Assembly (NCBI GenBank): GCA_963422295.1
Contig: OY729417.1
Coordinates: forward strand, 2,049,210-2,113,209
Direction of reading: 5' to 3'
DNA length: 64,000 nt
From: Dehalococcoidia bacterium
Lineage (GTDB): Bacteria; Chloroflexota; Dehalococcoidia; Lucifugimonadales; UBA1123
Shown: positions 9,735 to 18,302 of the stretch, one piece after another
Layout: each line of letters starts with the position of its first letter
Numbering within the stretch: position 1 is the first letter of the stretch
Program-made: the position numbers and the translations under genes
The notes under the pieces: model-generated
Told to the model about the DNA's origin: nothing
Database searches by the model: none
Seen by the model: the letters and a program-made list of their open reading frames with translations, nothing else

Positions 9735-9971
9735 CTATGCAGGATTCGACGAATTTTGCATAGTGTGGGTGATTTCGTCCCTGTCGAAGAGAATCCGCCA
9801 GTTTCCGACCCGGAGTCTGTACTCGAACTGGCTCGCTCTGAGGCGGTGTACATCTCCATATCCGCGCGCGGCGTATTCTTTGGCTGCGGATGCTATTCTG
9901 CCTTGTGTAGATATGTCCAATCTTCCAAAATCACGAATCGCTCTGCGAGACAAGGATACAGAATATGTCAC
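9735..9971 (-). CDS. RelE/ParE-family toxin, copy 2 (same early stop; +1 frame ending ILHRREAYK to 9716)
   Basis: YRLRVGNWRILF core motif. The C-terminal half is identical to copy 1 and the N-terminal roughly 39 aa are strongly divergent. Confidence 0.6.
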   Translation of the reverse strand: MTYSVSLSRRAIRDFGRLDISTQGRIASAAKEYAARGYGDVHRLRASQFEYRLRVGNWRILFDRDEITHTMQNSSNPA

Positions 9972-10270
9972 AAGCCGAATTCTCGCATAACCTCTTCTAA
10001 CGGAACTGCCTTTCCTGTCCTGAAGTCTTCTTCGGTCTCTGTGAATGCGGCAATATCTTCTTCGGTAACCTCTTCGTCGTCGAGCGGAGCCTCAGCGAGC
10101 GAGACGGCGACCGGATCGTCGAGGTAGCGGATGAACTGGATGTAACGCTTCACTGCGTGAAGGTCGAATTCGGATAGCCCGTCTATCATGCTTTTCAGCT
10201 CTTGTCTGACGGCATATTGGAGCTGTTCGAGCGAATCTCGTTCCTCGTCTGTTTTTTGTAACGCTGCCAT
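9968..10270 (-). CDS. putative antitoxin, copy 2
   Basis: The first roughly 86 aa are near-identical to copy 1. The last roughly 14 aa differ (KAVPLEEVMREFGL versus NVFSQEEIERELGL). Confidence 0.55.
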   Translation of the reverse strand: MAALQKTDEERDSLEQLQYAVRQELKSMIDGLSEFDLHAVKRYIQFIRYLDDPVAVSLAEAPLDDEEVTEEDIAAFTETEEDFRTGKAVPLEEVMREFGL

Positions 10271-10299
10271 GCTTCGCCTTTCTCTCCATGCGCTCGGCG

Positions 10300-11367
10300 C
10301 TATGTTTTCGGCTGGACGAAGGTCAATATCGCCGCTGGGTTGCTTACCAGAATGTCTTGTATGGAATCTTCCGAAAAGCCCCTAGCGCGCATGGTGGGGA
10401 CGATCTGTTCGAGGATGTAGAAATATCCGTGTCCGCCGTATTTTAGCAGACGGTGTTTGGAGCAGATGTCGTGGGCAATGACTATCTTGCCCCCGTATCC
10501 TTCGGAGATGAGCCACTGTATATCGTCCAGTTTCGTAGCGTCGTTTGGATGATGTATCGAGGGGTTCAGCCGATAGTACGAGCTTTCGCTTCCGAACAGA
10601 TCCCATTCGAAATAGCATCCGGCTTCGCCTATGGCTCGGAGCGTGTCGCGCTCGAAGACTGTTCGGTCGAGGTGTCCGATGATTGCGCGTGATAGGTCTG
10701 CGCCTGCTTCATCTAGCGTTTCCATGATTCTCAGCGGCGAATGCTCGTTGCGTCCTGGGTGAATCAGAATGGGCGCGCCGGTCACGCGCTGGGCGGTGGC
10801 GGCCGCTCGTAGAACCTTGCGTTCATTCGCAGTCAGCGGCCAGGAGCATCCGACTTCGCCGATGATTCCTGAGCGGATGCCGCTGCCATCAACGCCTTCG
10901 CTCACATCTCTGATTATCTGTTCCGCAAGCTCTTCTTCGTCACTTTCGGCGACATATGGCGGGTGTGCGTCATCTACATAGAACGCCGCGCCCATCACGA
11001 TGTTTATTCCTGCTGTCCGCGAGATTCGGGCAAGGCCGACAGGGTCTCGCGCTATGCCGATGCTGGTCGCATCCACGAGTGATACGCCGCCGCGCTGTCT
11101 GTACAGAGACGCTTCGGCGATGGCGGTGTCCATATCGAGCAATTTGTAATTCTCGGAGTTCGACGCGTGATAGTAGCGGATGTATCCTAGCGTTTCCTGT
11201 GTCAGCGGAGCATGGTAGATGGCTCGCGCGCTTGCCTCTTGAGGCGGGTCGAACAGCGTTGATAGGTCTATGAGCAGGTGTTCATGCGTCAGCGTAACGC
11301 CGAGAGCCGAAGGCTTTATTGGCCCCAGCACCGTCTGGATTTTGCCGATTATCTCTGTCGATGACAT
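10300..11367 (-). CDS. phosphotriesterase-family (PTER/Php-like) amidohydrolase
   Basis: The N-terminal GVTLTHEHLLIDLS HxH metal motif and the 355-aa length are typical of PTER homologs. Confidence 0.8.
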   Translation of the reverse strand: MSSTEIIGKIQTVLGPIKPSALGVTLTHEHLLIDLSTLFDPPQEASARAIYHAPLTQETLGYIRYYHASNSENYKLLDMDTAIAEASLYRQRGGVSLVDATSIGIARDPVGLARISRTAGINIVMGAAFYVDDAHPPYVAESDEEELAEQIIRDVSEGVDGSGIRSGIIGEVGCSWPLTANERKVLRAAATAQRVTGAPILIHPGRNEHSPLRIMETLDEAGADLSRAIIGHLDRTVFERDTLRAIGEAGCYFEWDLFGSESSYYRLNPSIHHPNDATKLDDIQWLISEGYGGKIVIAHDICSKHRLLKYGGHGYFYILEQIVPTMRARGFSEDSIQDILVSNPAAILTFVQPKT

Positions 11368-11625
11368 GGAAACGCCTCTACTATGCTCTTAAGTATGCTC
11401 TTATTTTTTTCTGAGACGGATTCCGAAAGCCCAGTCCACCGCCATGTCGATGCGGTCAATGGTCGTCGATGGCTGATGTACTGGGGCCGATGCGCTGGTT
11501 GTACAGCATAGCTATCGGCAGGTCAAATTGGATCTAGGGTGAGAGCTGGGGTAGGGGAGATGTGGCCTTGTGTTGGTGTGGTCAGGCTTTCGGTGTATAG
11601 CGGGCGCGTTGCTGGGTACGCCGAA

Positions 11626-12291
11626 TCAGAGGTGGAAGTCGCCTAGATTTTGTGATATGGCGAGCGTCGGTTCAGTCAGCTCCTGGATGGCGTCTGCCGT
11701 CCAGCCGGGAGCCGCTTCTAGGAGAACCAGCCCTTCGGTCGTTACATCGATTACCGCGATGTCGGTTACGATTATGCTGACGCATGTCTGCGCGGTTAGC
11801 GGGAATGAACATTCGCGCACGATCTTGGGCTTTCCTCTGCGGTCGGTATGCTCCATTGCGATGATGATGCGCTTTGCGCCTACGGCAAGATCCATAGCGC
11901 CGCCGACATTGCCGATTCCACGCTGAGGCAGCATCCAGTTGGCGAGGTCACCGCGCTCGGAAACCTGAAGCGCGCCCAGTACTGCGACATCTATATGACC
12001 GCCTCGTATCATGGCGAATCCCTCGGCAGAGTTGAAGAAGGACATGCCTGGGTTGGGCGCGAGGAAATTACCGCCAGCGTTGATCAGGTCGATATCCTCC
12101 TCGCCCGATTCCGCCAGCGGCCCGTATCCCAGAACGCCGCTTTCACTGTGATAGACGACGCTCCGACCCTCTGGGACGAACTGAGAACACAGTGTCGGTA
12201 TGCCGATTCCCAAGTTTACGATGTCTCCATCCCGAAACTCCCGCGCAACACGCATGGCGATAATCTCACGGTCGAGTCTCTCTGCTGGCAT
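11626..12291 (-). CDS. scoB: 3-oxoacid CoA-transferase subunit B
   Basis: REFRDGDIVNLGIGIPT and the ESGVLGYGP (catalytic Glu region) motifs. Confidence 0.85.
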   Translation of the reverse strand: MPAERLDREIIAMRVAREFRDGDIVNLGIGIPTLCSQFVPEGRSVVYHSESGVLGYGPLAESGEEDIDLINAGGNFLAPNPGMSFFNSAEGFAMIRGGHIDVAVLGALQVSERGDLANWMLPQRGIGNVGGAMDLAVGAKRIIIAMEHTDRRGKPKIVRECSFPLTAQTCVSIIVTDIAVIDVTTEGLVLLEAAPGWTADAIQELTEPTLAISQNLGDFHL

Positions 12292-12361
12292 TCGCTCCCT
12301 CCGAGACTTGTAAGGCGGTTTGTGTGTGGAGAGTAAGTAATGGTTGGTTTATGAATCTCGT

Positions 12362-13072
12362 CTATCGCGGTATCTGTACGATTCGGTCGATATACAGCCC
12401 TGGCGTGTGTACGGCATCGGGGTCGATGTCTCCGGATTCGACGAGTTCATCCACTTCTATGACCACCATATTAGCGGCAGTCGCCATGACTCCGTTGAAG
12501 TTTCTGGATGTTCCTCGATATTGCGTATTGCCGAGTGTGTCAGCTCTGTGGGCGCGCAGGAGCGCGAAATCGGCATGGAGCGCGGTCTCCAGCAGATATT
12601 CTCGTCCGCCGAAACTGCGAGTTTCCTTACCGTGCGCTATGAGCGTTCCGACGCCAGTGGGGGTGTAAAAGGCGGGTATTCCGGCTCCGCCCGCTCTGAT
12701 GCGTTCTGCCAGCGTGCCTTGCGGTACGACTTCGAGCTCGACCTTGCCTGCTTTGTATGCTGTCTCGAACGCCGTGGGGCGAGATGGCGATGGCGATACT
12801 GGAAACGATGCGATTACTTTGCGTAGCTGCTCGTTTTCCACCAGAACGCCGATGTCTGTTGGCCTGTCACCGGGCAGTGTGCCGAAGCCGATAACGGACG
12901 CCAGACCAGCCGTGTTGGATATGATGGTTAGGTCTCGCGCGCCGTGATCGCGCAGCGCGCCTATCAGGTTTTGCGGCGTTCCGCCAGGCCCGGCGAACCC
13001 GTCTATCATAATAACCGCCCCGTTCGGTATGTCAGCGACGGCGCCAGCGAATGTTGGAATGACTTTGTTCAA
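12362..13072 (-). CDS. scoA: 3-oxoacid CoA-transferase subunit A
   Basis: IMIDGFAGPGGTPQNLI and PQGTLAERIRAGGAGIPAFYTPTG motifs. A TTG start at 13072, preceded by AAGGGAG, is chosen over the ORF-track start at 13204, which reads through a DNA repeat. Confidence 0.8.
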   Translation of the reverse strand: MNKVIPTFAGAVADIPNGAVIMIDGFAGPGGTPQNLIGALRDHGARDLTIISNTAGLASVIGFGTLPGDRPTDIGVLVENEQLRKVIASFPVSPSPSRPTAFETAYKAGKVELEVVPQGTLAERIRAGGAGIPAFYTPTGVGTLIAHGKETRSFGGREYLLETALHADFALLRAHRADTLGNTQYRGTSRNFNGVMATAANMVVIEVDELVESGDIDPDAVHTPGLYIDRIVQIPR

Positions 13073-13120
13073 TATCCGGCAACTCCCTTGCCAGTGTCTC
13101 TCTCGTCCGGAGTGTCTGTA

Positions 13121-13156
13121 TATCTGGGTATATCCACATATCTGGGTATATCCACG
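13121..13156. repeat. 18-bp direct repeat x2 (TATCTGGGTATATCCAC) in a divergent promoter region
   Basis: Two adjacent copies at 13121-13138 and 13139-13156 differ only at the last base. They lie between scoA (minus) and the dehydrogenase gene (plus). Confidence 0.8.
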
Positions 13157-13387
13157 AATATATCCTATGGATTGGATGCGTATCCGATATTCTCGCTTCC
13201 ACATCCTATCTTACGCTGAGAGTATCGTTATGTCGCAGCGTTTTCAACCTGTCCAGACACAGGCTCTGTCCAGACAGGCTTGACCGTCAAAGCGGATACG
13301 CATTAGGCTGACATCCTAGAACTAGAGAGTATATTCACTGTGTTGTGGTTGCGTATGCAGCGCGATCGAGCGAGAAGGAGAGGGTCA

Positions 13388-14281
13388 ATGCCAAGCGGCG
13401 AGGTAGGATTCATAGGTCTTGGAATCATGGGACGGCCAATGACGCGCAATCTGATTAGCGCGGGATATTCGCTGACGGTTTACGATGTCGTCGGTTCGGC
13501 TATGGAGGAGGTTGTGGGATACGGCGCGAAGCCTGCGTCTTCGTCCGCCGAGGTGGCGACTGCTGCGCCGGTGGTGATCACTATGGTGCCGGATTCAGCG
13601 GATTCGGAGGCTGCGATTCTCGGCCCCAATGGAGTTCTCGAAGGCGCGTCGGCAGGCTCTACGATTATCGATATGAGCTCGATTGCGCCCGCAAGCTCAC
13701 AGAAGATAGCCGCGGCGTGCGATGCGAAGGGAGTCGATTTCTTAGATGCGCCGGTCTCCGGTGGAGAGCCAGGGGCCATCGCCGCTACGCTCGCCATCAT
13801 GGTCGGTGGTAAGCAGGAAGTGTTCGACGCGCATATCGGTATGCTCGAAGCCGTCGGCTCGAGCATCGTGCTGTGCGGCGGCTACGGCGCAGGGAATACC
13901 ACGAAGCTGGCGAATCAGATCATCGTCGCGGCCAACATAGAGGCGGTCGGCGAGGCGCTGACGCTGGCTAAGAAGGCCGGCCTCGATCCCAACACCGTGT
14001 TAGATGCCATCAAGGGCGGGCTTGCCGGATCGACCGTGCTGAACGCCAAAGGGCCGATGATGATAGAAGGCAACTTCGAGCCAGGTTTCAGAATCGCCCT
14101 CCACCATAAGGATCTCAACAACGCCATACTGACTGCCAGAGAACTAGGCGTCGGCTTGCCGGTAACATCTCTCGTTCAGCAGATGATCGTCTCACTGATG
14201 AACGAAGGCAAGGGGAGCTCGGATCACTCCGCGATTGCCAATTTCATCGAGGATATGGCGGGGGTGAAAATCAGCGGATAG
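13388..14281 (+). CDS. NAD(P)-dependent beta-hydroxyacid dehydrogenase (2-hydroxy-3-oxopropionate reductase / 3-hydroxyisobutyrate dehydrogenase family)
   Basis: Rossmann motif VGFIGLGIMGRPM, plus DAPVSGG and LHHKDL motifs. The RBS AAGGAGAGGG lies before ATG 13388. Confidence 0.85.
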   Translation: MPSGEVGFIGLGIMGRPMTRNLISAGYSLTVYDVVGSAMEEVVGYGAKPASSSAEVATAAPVVITMVPDSADSEAAILGPNGVLEGASAGSTIIDMSSIAPASSQKIAAACDAKGVDFLDAPVSGGEPGAIAATLAIMVGGKQEVFDAHIGMLEAVGSSIVLCGGYGAGNTTKLANQIIVAANIEAVGEALTLAKKAGLDPNTVLDAIKGGLAGSTVLNAKGPMMIEGNFEPGFRIALHHKDLNNAILTARELGVGLPVTSLVQQMIVSLMNEGKGSSDHSAIANFIEDMAGVKISG

Positions 14282-14524
14282 CCGCTGGGGTTTCTGAAAT
14301 TATCATCTTCGTCCACCCGATCTTACTGCTACGATCTAATCGAGGCGAAAATATAGGCTCGTTTGCCCAGTTTGCCGCGATTGTCGATGTGGTAAGATGC
14401 GTCATAGGCATTCGCCGCTCATCGGCCGCCCATCGGATGATTGTCTGTCAGAGGTCTGACTGCGGTATCGTAGTCGCTTTCTGGTTAATAGAAACAACGG
14501 AGAGTCTCTATCTCGATCCGCGCC

Positions 14525-15640
14525 GTGAACTTCACTAGACTGCCCCCGTATGTTGCCGATGCTATTAGCGCGCGGCTGAACGAACGGGAAAGCGCGTTTT
14601 CGCCCTATGCGAGCCGGGCCTGTACCAGCCGAGGTCGCTCTACTCCTGAGCCTCCTTCGCAGACGCGCTCGGAGTATCAGCGCGACCGCGATCGTATTCT
14701 GCATACGAACGCGTTTCGAAGGCTCAAACACAAGACGCAAGTGTTCGTCGCGCCGCTCGGAGATCACTACGCAACGCGCCTTACGCACACTCTGGAAGTG
14801 GCGCAGATCGGACGCACCATCGCCCGCGCTCTGAACTTGAACGAAGACTTGACCGAAGCCATCTCGCTTGGACATGACTTGGGGCATACTCCGTTTGGGC
14901 ACATAGGCGAGGACGAATTGGACAGGCTCTGCGCTGGAGGTTTTAGACACAGCCGCCAGAGCCTGCGCATCGTCGATCAGATCGAGAAGGAAGGAGCTGG
15001 CCTGAATCTGACATGGGAGGTTAGACAGGGTATTCTCCAACATTCCAAACCGAGGGGGGATTTTCTGAGCGCAGACCTCGTGAGCGATCTGACTCTGGAA
15101 GGGCAGATATGCCGGATATCGGACGCGGTGGCATACTTGAATCACGATCTAATCGACGCCTTCAGAGCGGGGGTTTTGACTGAGGATATGCTGCCGACGG
15201 AAGTAGAGGAGGTTTTGGGGAGGACACACTCCCAGCGCATAGATACGATGGTGTCGGACATCGTGGCGTCGTCATGGGCGTCGTCCGGTGAGGCAGAAGA
15301 TTCCAGCTCGCGCGGATGCTCTGAGCCACCCCGAATCGTTATGAGCGATGAGATTCGCAGCGCATTAGTTATCCTGCGTGAGTTCATGTTCGCAGAGGTA
15401 TATATTCCAGAGGACGAGCGAGCGCGCGGCATCGCCGCCAGAGATATAGTGCAGCTCTTATATAGATACTTCGACTCTAACCGGCATCTCATACCAGCCG
15501 AATATGCGCGCCGAAGTATGTCCGAGGATATGGCTGTGGTAGATTTCGTTTCTGGAATGACGGATCGTTATGCGCTAAGAGCGGCAGAGAAGATACAGCC
15601 GGGAATCACCGACGACTTCGATGAGCGTATCTTCCAATGA
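14525..15640 (+). CDS. dgt: dGTP triphosphohydrolase-like HD-domain protein
   Basis: YQRDRDRILHTNAFRRLKHKTQVF and HD motif SLGHDLGHTPFGH. Confidence 0.85.
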   Translation: MNFTRLPPYVADAISARLNERESAFSPYASRACTSRGRSTPEPPSQTRSEYQRDRDRILHTNAFRRLKHKTQVFVAPLGDHYATRLTHTLEVAQIGRTIARALNLNEDLTEAISLGHDLGHTPFGHIGEDELDRLCAGGFRHSRQSLRIVDQIEKEGAGLNLTWEVRQGILQHSKPRGDFLSADLVSDLTLEGQICRISDAVAYLNHDLIDAFRAGVLTEDMLPTEVEEVLGRTHSQRIDTMVSDIVASSWASSGEAEDSSSRGCSEPPRIVMSDEIRSALVILREFMFAEVYIPEDERARGIAARDIVQLLYRYFDSNRHLIPAEYARRSMSEDMAVVDFVSGMTDRYALRAAEKIQPGITDDFDERIFQ

Positions 15641-15891
15641 CACCGCAAGATCGTATGCGAATGCGCGTGATCGGCAATAGGATCCGCATGATACACGAAC
15701 ACTTGGAGGCGATGCAGCGTGACGCGCATGGCCTGGAGTATGCGCCGTGGAAGGCGGAAGTGGACGATATCTGGAAGAGCATATTTGCCGATGTGAACGC
15801 TCTGGAATCCGAATTTCAGCAGCCTGCGCTGGATTCATTGCGAGAGCTTTGGATGACTTACATTACTCATTACAGCGTTGGGCTGAATTAG
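15637..15891 (+). CDS. hypothetical small helical protein
   Basis: The start ATG overlaps the dgt stop (ATGA), implying translational coupling. No recognisable family. Confidence 0.4.
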   Translation: MTPQDRMRMRVIGNRIRMIHEHLEAMQRDAHGLEYAPWKAEVDDIWKSIFADVNALESEFQQPALDSLRELWMTYITHYSVGLN

Positions 15892-15930
15892 CGCGACTGC
15901 GGCTGTATCCGCAAGCGAGGAGCAGAGTTT

Positions 15931-16299
15931 TTGGAACATCAGGCGCTAACCGACGCACATTTGGAGCGTGTTCCCGACTTGGATCGGGCGCGGAGGGCGT
16001 CGGTCATGGCGCATGGCGTGGTAATCAAGCTGAAAGAGATGGGGCTGCCGGATGACATGGATGCGCATCTTTCGCAGATGTGTACCGATCTGGGAGATCT
16101 GTGGAGCGCGCAAGCGGCGTTTGCTGAGCAGCTGGAAGCCTTCTTAGAGTCGCCCGGCGAGTGGAACGCTGTCGGCGACAGTCTAGTAGATCTGAGCAGT
16201 ACGATAGATCATATCGTTCACCACACCAAAGGGGTTGCCGGGCCAATGGAGGTGATAACCCTCTGGGCGTATGAGAAAGGCCTGAGCGCCGGGGACTAA
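15931..16299 (+). CDS. hypothetical acidic protein
   Basis: TTG start preceded by GAGGAG at an 8-nt spacing. It lies between dgt and dnaG. No recognisable family. Confidence 0.45.
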   Translation: MEHQALTDAHLERVPDLDRARRASVMAHGVVIKLKEMGLPDDMDAHLSQMCTDLGDLWSAQAAFAEQLEAFLESPGEWNAVGDSLVDLSSTIDHIVHHTKGVAGPMEVITLWAYEKGLSAGD

Positions 16300-16341
16300 G
16301 CCGGAGACTAAGACTAGGGGAAAGAGATTTCGAGTCTGCGC

Positions 16342-18174
16342 ATGAGCGTAACGGACGATGTAAAGGCGAAGCTGAATATCGTAGATGTGGTCATGCCTTA
16401 CGCTGCTTTGCAGCAGTCAGGGAGGGCTTTCAAGTCCACCTGCCCGTTCCATACGGAGAAGACGCCTTCGTTCATAGTCAATCCGGAGAAGCAAAGCTGG
16501 CGGTGTTTTGGGGCTTGCGCTGATGGCGGAGACATTTTCAGCTTCATCATGCGCGCCGAGAATATGCAGTTCGGAGACGCGCTGCGGCTGCTTGCTAGGC
16601 GCGCGGGTGTGGAGTTACCCAGTTCGTCGGAGCGCGGACAGGCGAACATCATACATCGCGTGAACCGAGCTGCCGCGCACTACTATCGCGACATGCTGGA
16701 ATCTCCCTCCGGCAGCGAGGCTCGACGATATCTGGATAGCAGATCTGTCGGACAGGACGCGCGCGAACGCTTTCTGCTGGGGCTGAGTCCAGACGGCGGG
16801 GAGGGCCTGCGCCGTTACCTAGAGACGCACGACTTCACCCTAGATGATGCGGTGGCGGCAGACCTCATCCGAACGGACGACAATGGTCGGACATGGGATT
16901 TTTTCCGTTCCCGGCTGATGTTTCCGATATTCGATAGGGATGGAAACATCGCCGGCTTCGGCGCCCGCTCGATGGACGGCTCCAATCCGAAATACATCAA
17001 CACCGCTCGCACGGATGTGTTCGACAAGCGCAATACGCTCTACGCTCTCAACTTTGCGCGGGATGCTATCCGAAGTCAGGGTTCGGCCATAATCGTCGAA
17101 GGATACATGGACGCTATCGCCGCGCACGAACACGGCTATGCGAATGTCGTCGCCTCGATGGGAACTGCGCTGACGGAAGATCAGGTATCTCAGCTGCGCT
17201 CTATGGCGCAGAATTTCATTCTCGCGCTCGACCCAGACATGGCGGGGCAGGAGGCGACACTCCGCAGTCTTCAGACATCTTGGAGAGTCTTTCGCAGCGC
17301 AGTCTCGCGGAGGGGGCGCTCCAGCGGTAGTGTGCTGGATACATGGAAGCCGCCGACGCTGAAGATAGCCTCTCTGCCAGAGGGTCTGGATCCGGACGCT
17401 CTGATACGCAGCGACAAGGCGCGCTGGGATGCTGTAATCGCCGACGCTCAGCCGCTTTTGGACTTCGTAATCCCCGCGCTGGTTAGGCGTACCGATTTGA
17501 GTTCCCCCGGCAGCCGCGCAGATGTCGCGCGAGCGCTCGCCCCTCTCATCAATGAGCTGGACGCGATGGATCAGTACGAATACTGGAACAAGCTCGCCGT
17601 TCATCTGGGAGTACCGTTCGAATCGCTGTCTGCCGCCATTTCTGTCACCGGCAGACGCGGCGGACGGCGCGATGGCGGAAGACAGCGTATGTCTGCCGAC
17701 ACAGGCTCGGACATCGAAGTAAGCCCCGGCGCGCTGGTCACGCAGCGGGGGGTGAGCATGTTAGAGGAATATGCTCTGCTGCTGCTGCTGCGAAGGCCCA
17801 GTCTGCTTCCGACTGTCGCGGATGCTCCGCCGGACTGCTTTCGCAGCACAGAAAACCGTGAGCTATTCATGCGTCTGCTATCCTGCTCTAAAATCGAAGA
17901 ACTTCGGGACGGTATAGATGCGGAGCTGGCGGCGTATTTGGACAGATTAGAAGCTCAGCCGCTGCCGGGACCATCTGCCACAAGCTCTCGCCACGCGGAG
18001 GCGGAGCTGACACGATGTCTGCAAAGATTGGAGCTGCGTTATCTCTATGAGAAGCAGGAACTATACCTCGAAGGCAGCGCTGAAGATCTGCCGGAGCGAG
18101 GTTTGGAAGGTCCTGTTATCGAGGTCAACCAGAGAATCAGGGAGCTTCAGCGTATGGGAGCTGTCAGAAATTGA
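16342..18174 (+). CDS. dnaG: DNA primase
   Basis: Zinc-finger region CPFHTEKTPSF...WRCFGC and Toprim EGYMD motif. Length is 610 aa. Confidence 0.95.
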   Translation: MSVTDDVKAKLNIVDVVMPYAALQQSGRAFKSTCPFHTEKTPSFIVNPEKQSWRCFGACADGGDIFSFIMRAENMQFGDALRLLARRAGVELPSSSERGQANIIHRVNRAAAHYYRDMLESPSGSEARRYLDSRSVGQDARERFLLGLSPDGGEGLRRYLETHDFTLDDAVAADLIRTDDNGRTWDFFRSRLMFPIFDRDGNIAGFGARSMDGSNPKYINTARTDVFDKRNTLYALNFARDAIRSQGSAIIVEGYMDAIAAHEHGYANVVASMGTALTEDQVSQLRSMAQNFILALDPDMAGQEATLRSLQTSWRVFRSAVSRRGRSSGSVLDTWKPPTLKIASLPEGLDPDALIRSDKARWDAVIADAQPLLDFVIPALVRRTDLSSPGSRADVARALAPLINELDAMDQYEYWNKLAVHLGVPFESLSAAISVTGRRGGRRDGGRQRMSADTGSDIEVSPGALVTQRGVSMLEEYALLLLLRRPSLLPTVADAPPDCFRSTENRELFMRLLSCSKIEELRDGIDAELAAYLDRLEAQPLPGPSATSSRHAEAELTRCLQRLELRYLYEKQELYLEGSAEDLPERGLEGPVIEVNQRIRELQRMGAVRN

Positions 18175-18302
18175 GTAGAAAATCAATATTCGCTCGATCT
18201 ATCAATCTGTTTAGTCGAGTTTGGTAATCATTCAGCAAGTATCTGCGTTCGGATTCTCTCGGAGTTCTCGTTCATCGATAAAGATTACAGTACAGCGGGG
18301 TT

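Larger units (their letters stand above)
9052..10325. repeat. head-to-tail tandem segmental duplication (two units, offset 640 bp), each carrying a toxin-antitoxin pair
   Basis: 9052-9214 matches 9692-9854 and 9371-9684 matches 10011-10322 almost base for base. The internal 156 bp is divergent. The copy-1 right flank (about 9660-9684) repeats the 3' end of the PTER gene. Confidence 0.9.

Noticed and set aside
15889-15930. A possible amber readthrough or pyrrolysine-type fusion of the two small ORFs between dgt and dnaG.
   Set aside because: The downstream ORF has its own well-spaced GAGGAG-N8-TTG initiation site, and nothing in the window suggests Pyl machinery. Two separate genes is the simpler reading. 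The same-frame arrangement is still recorded in the findings.
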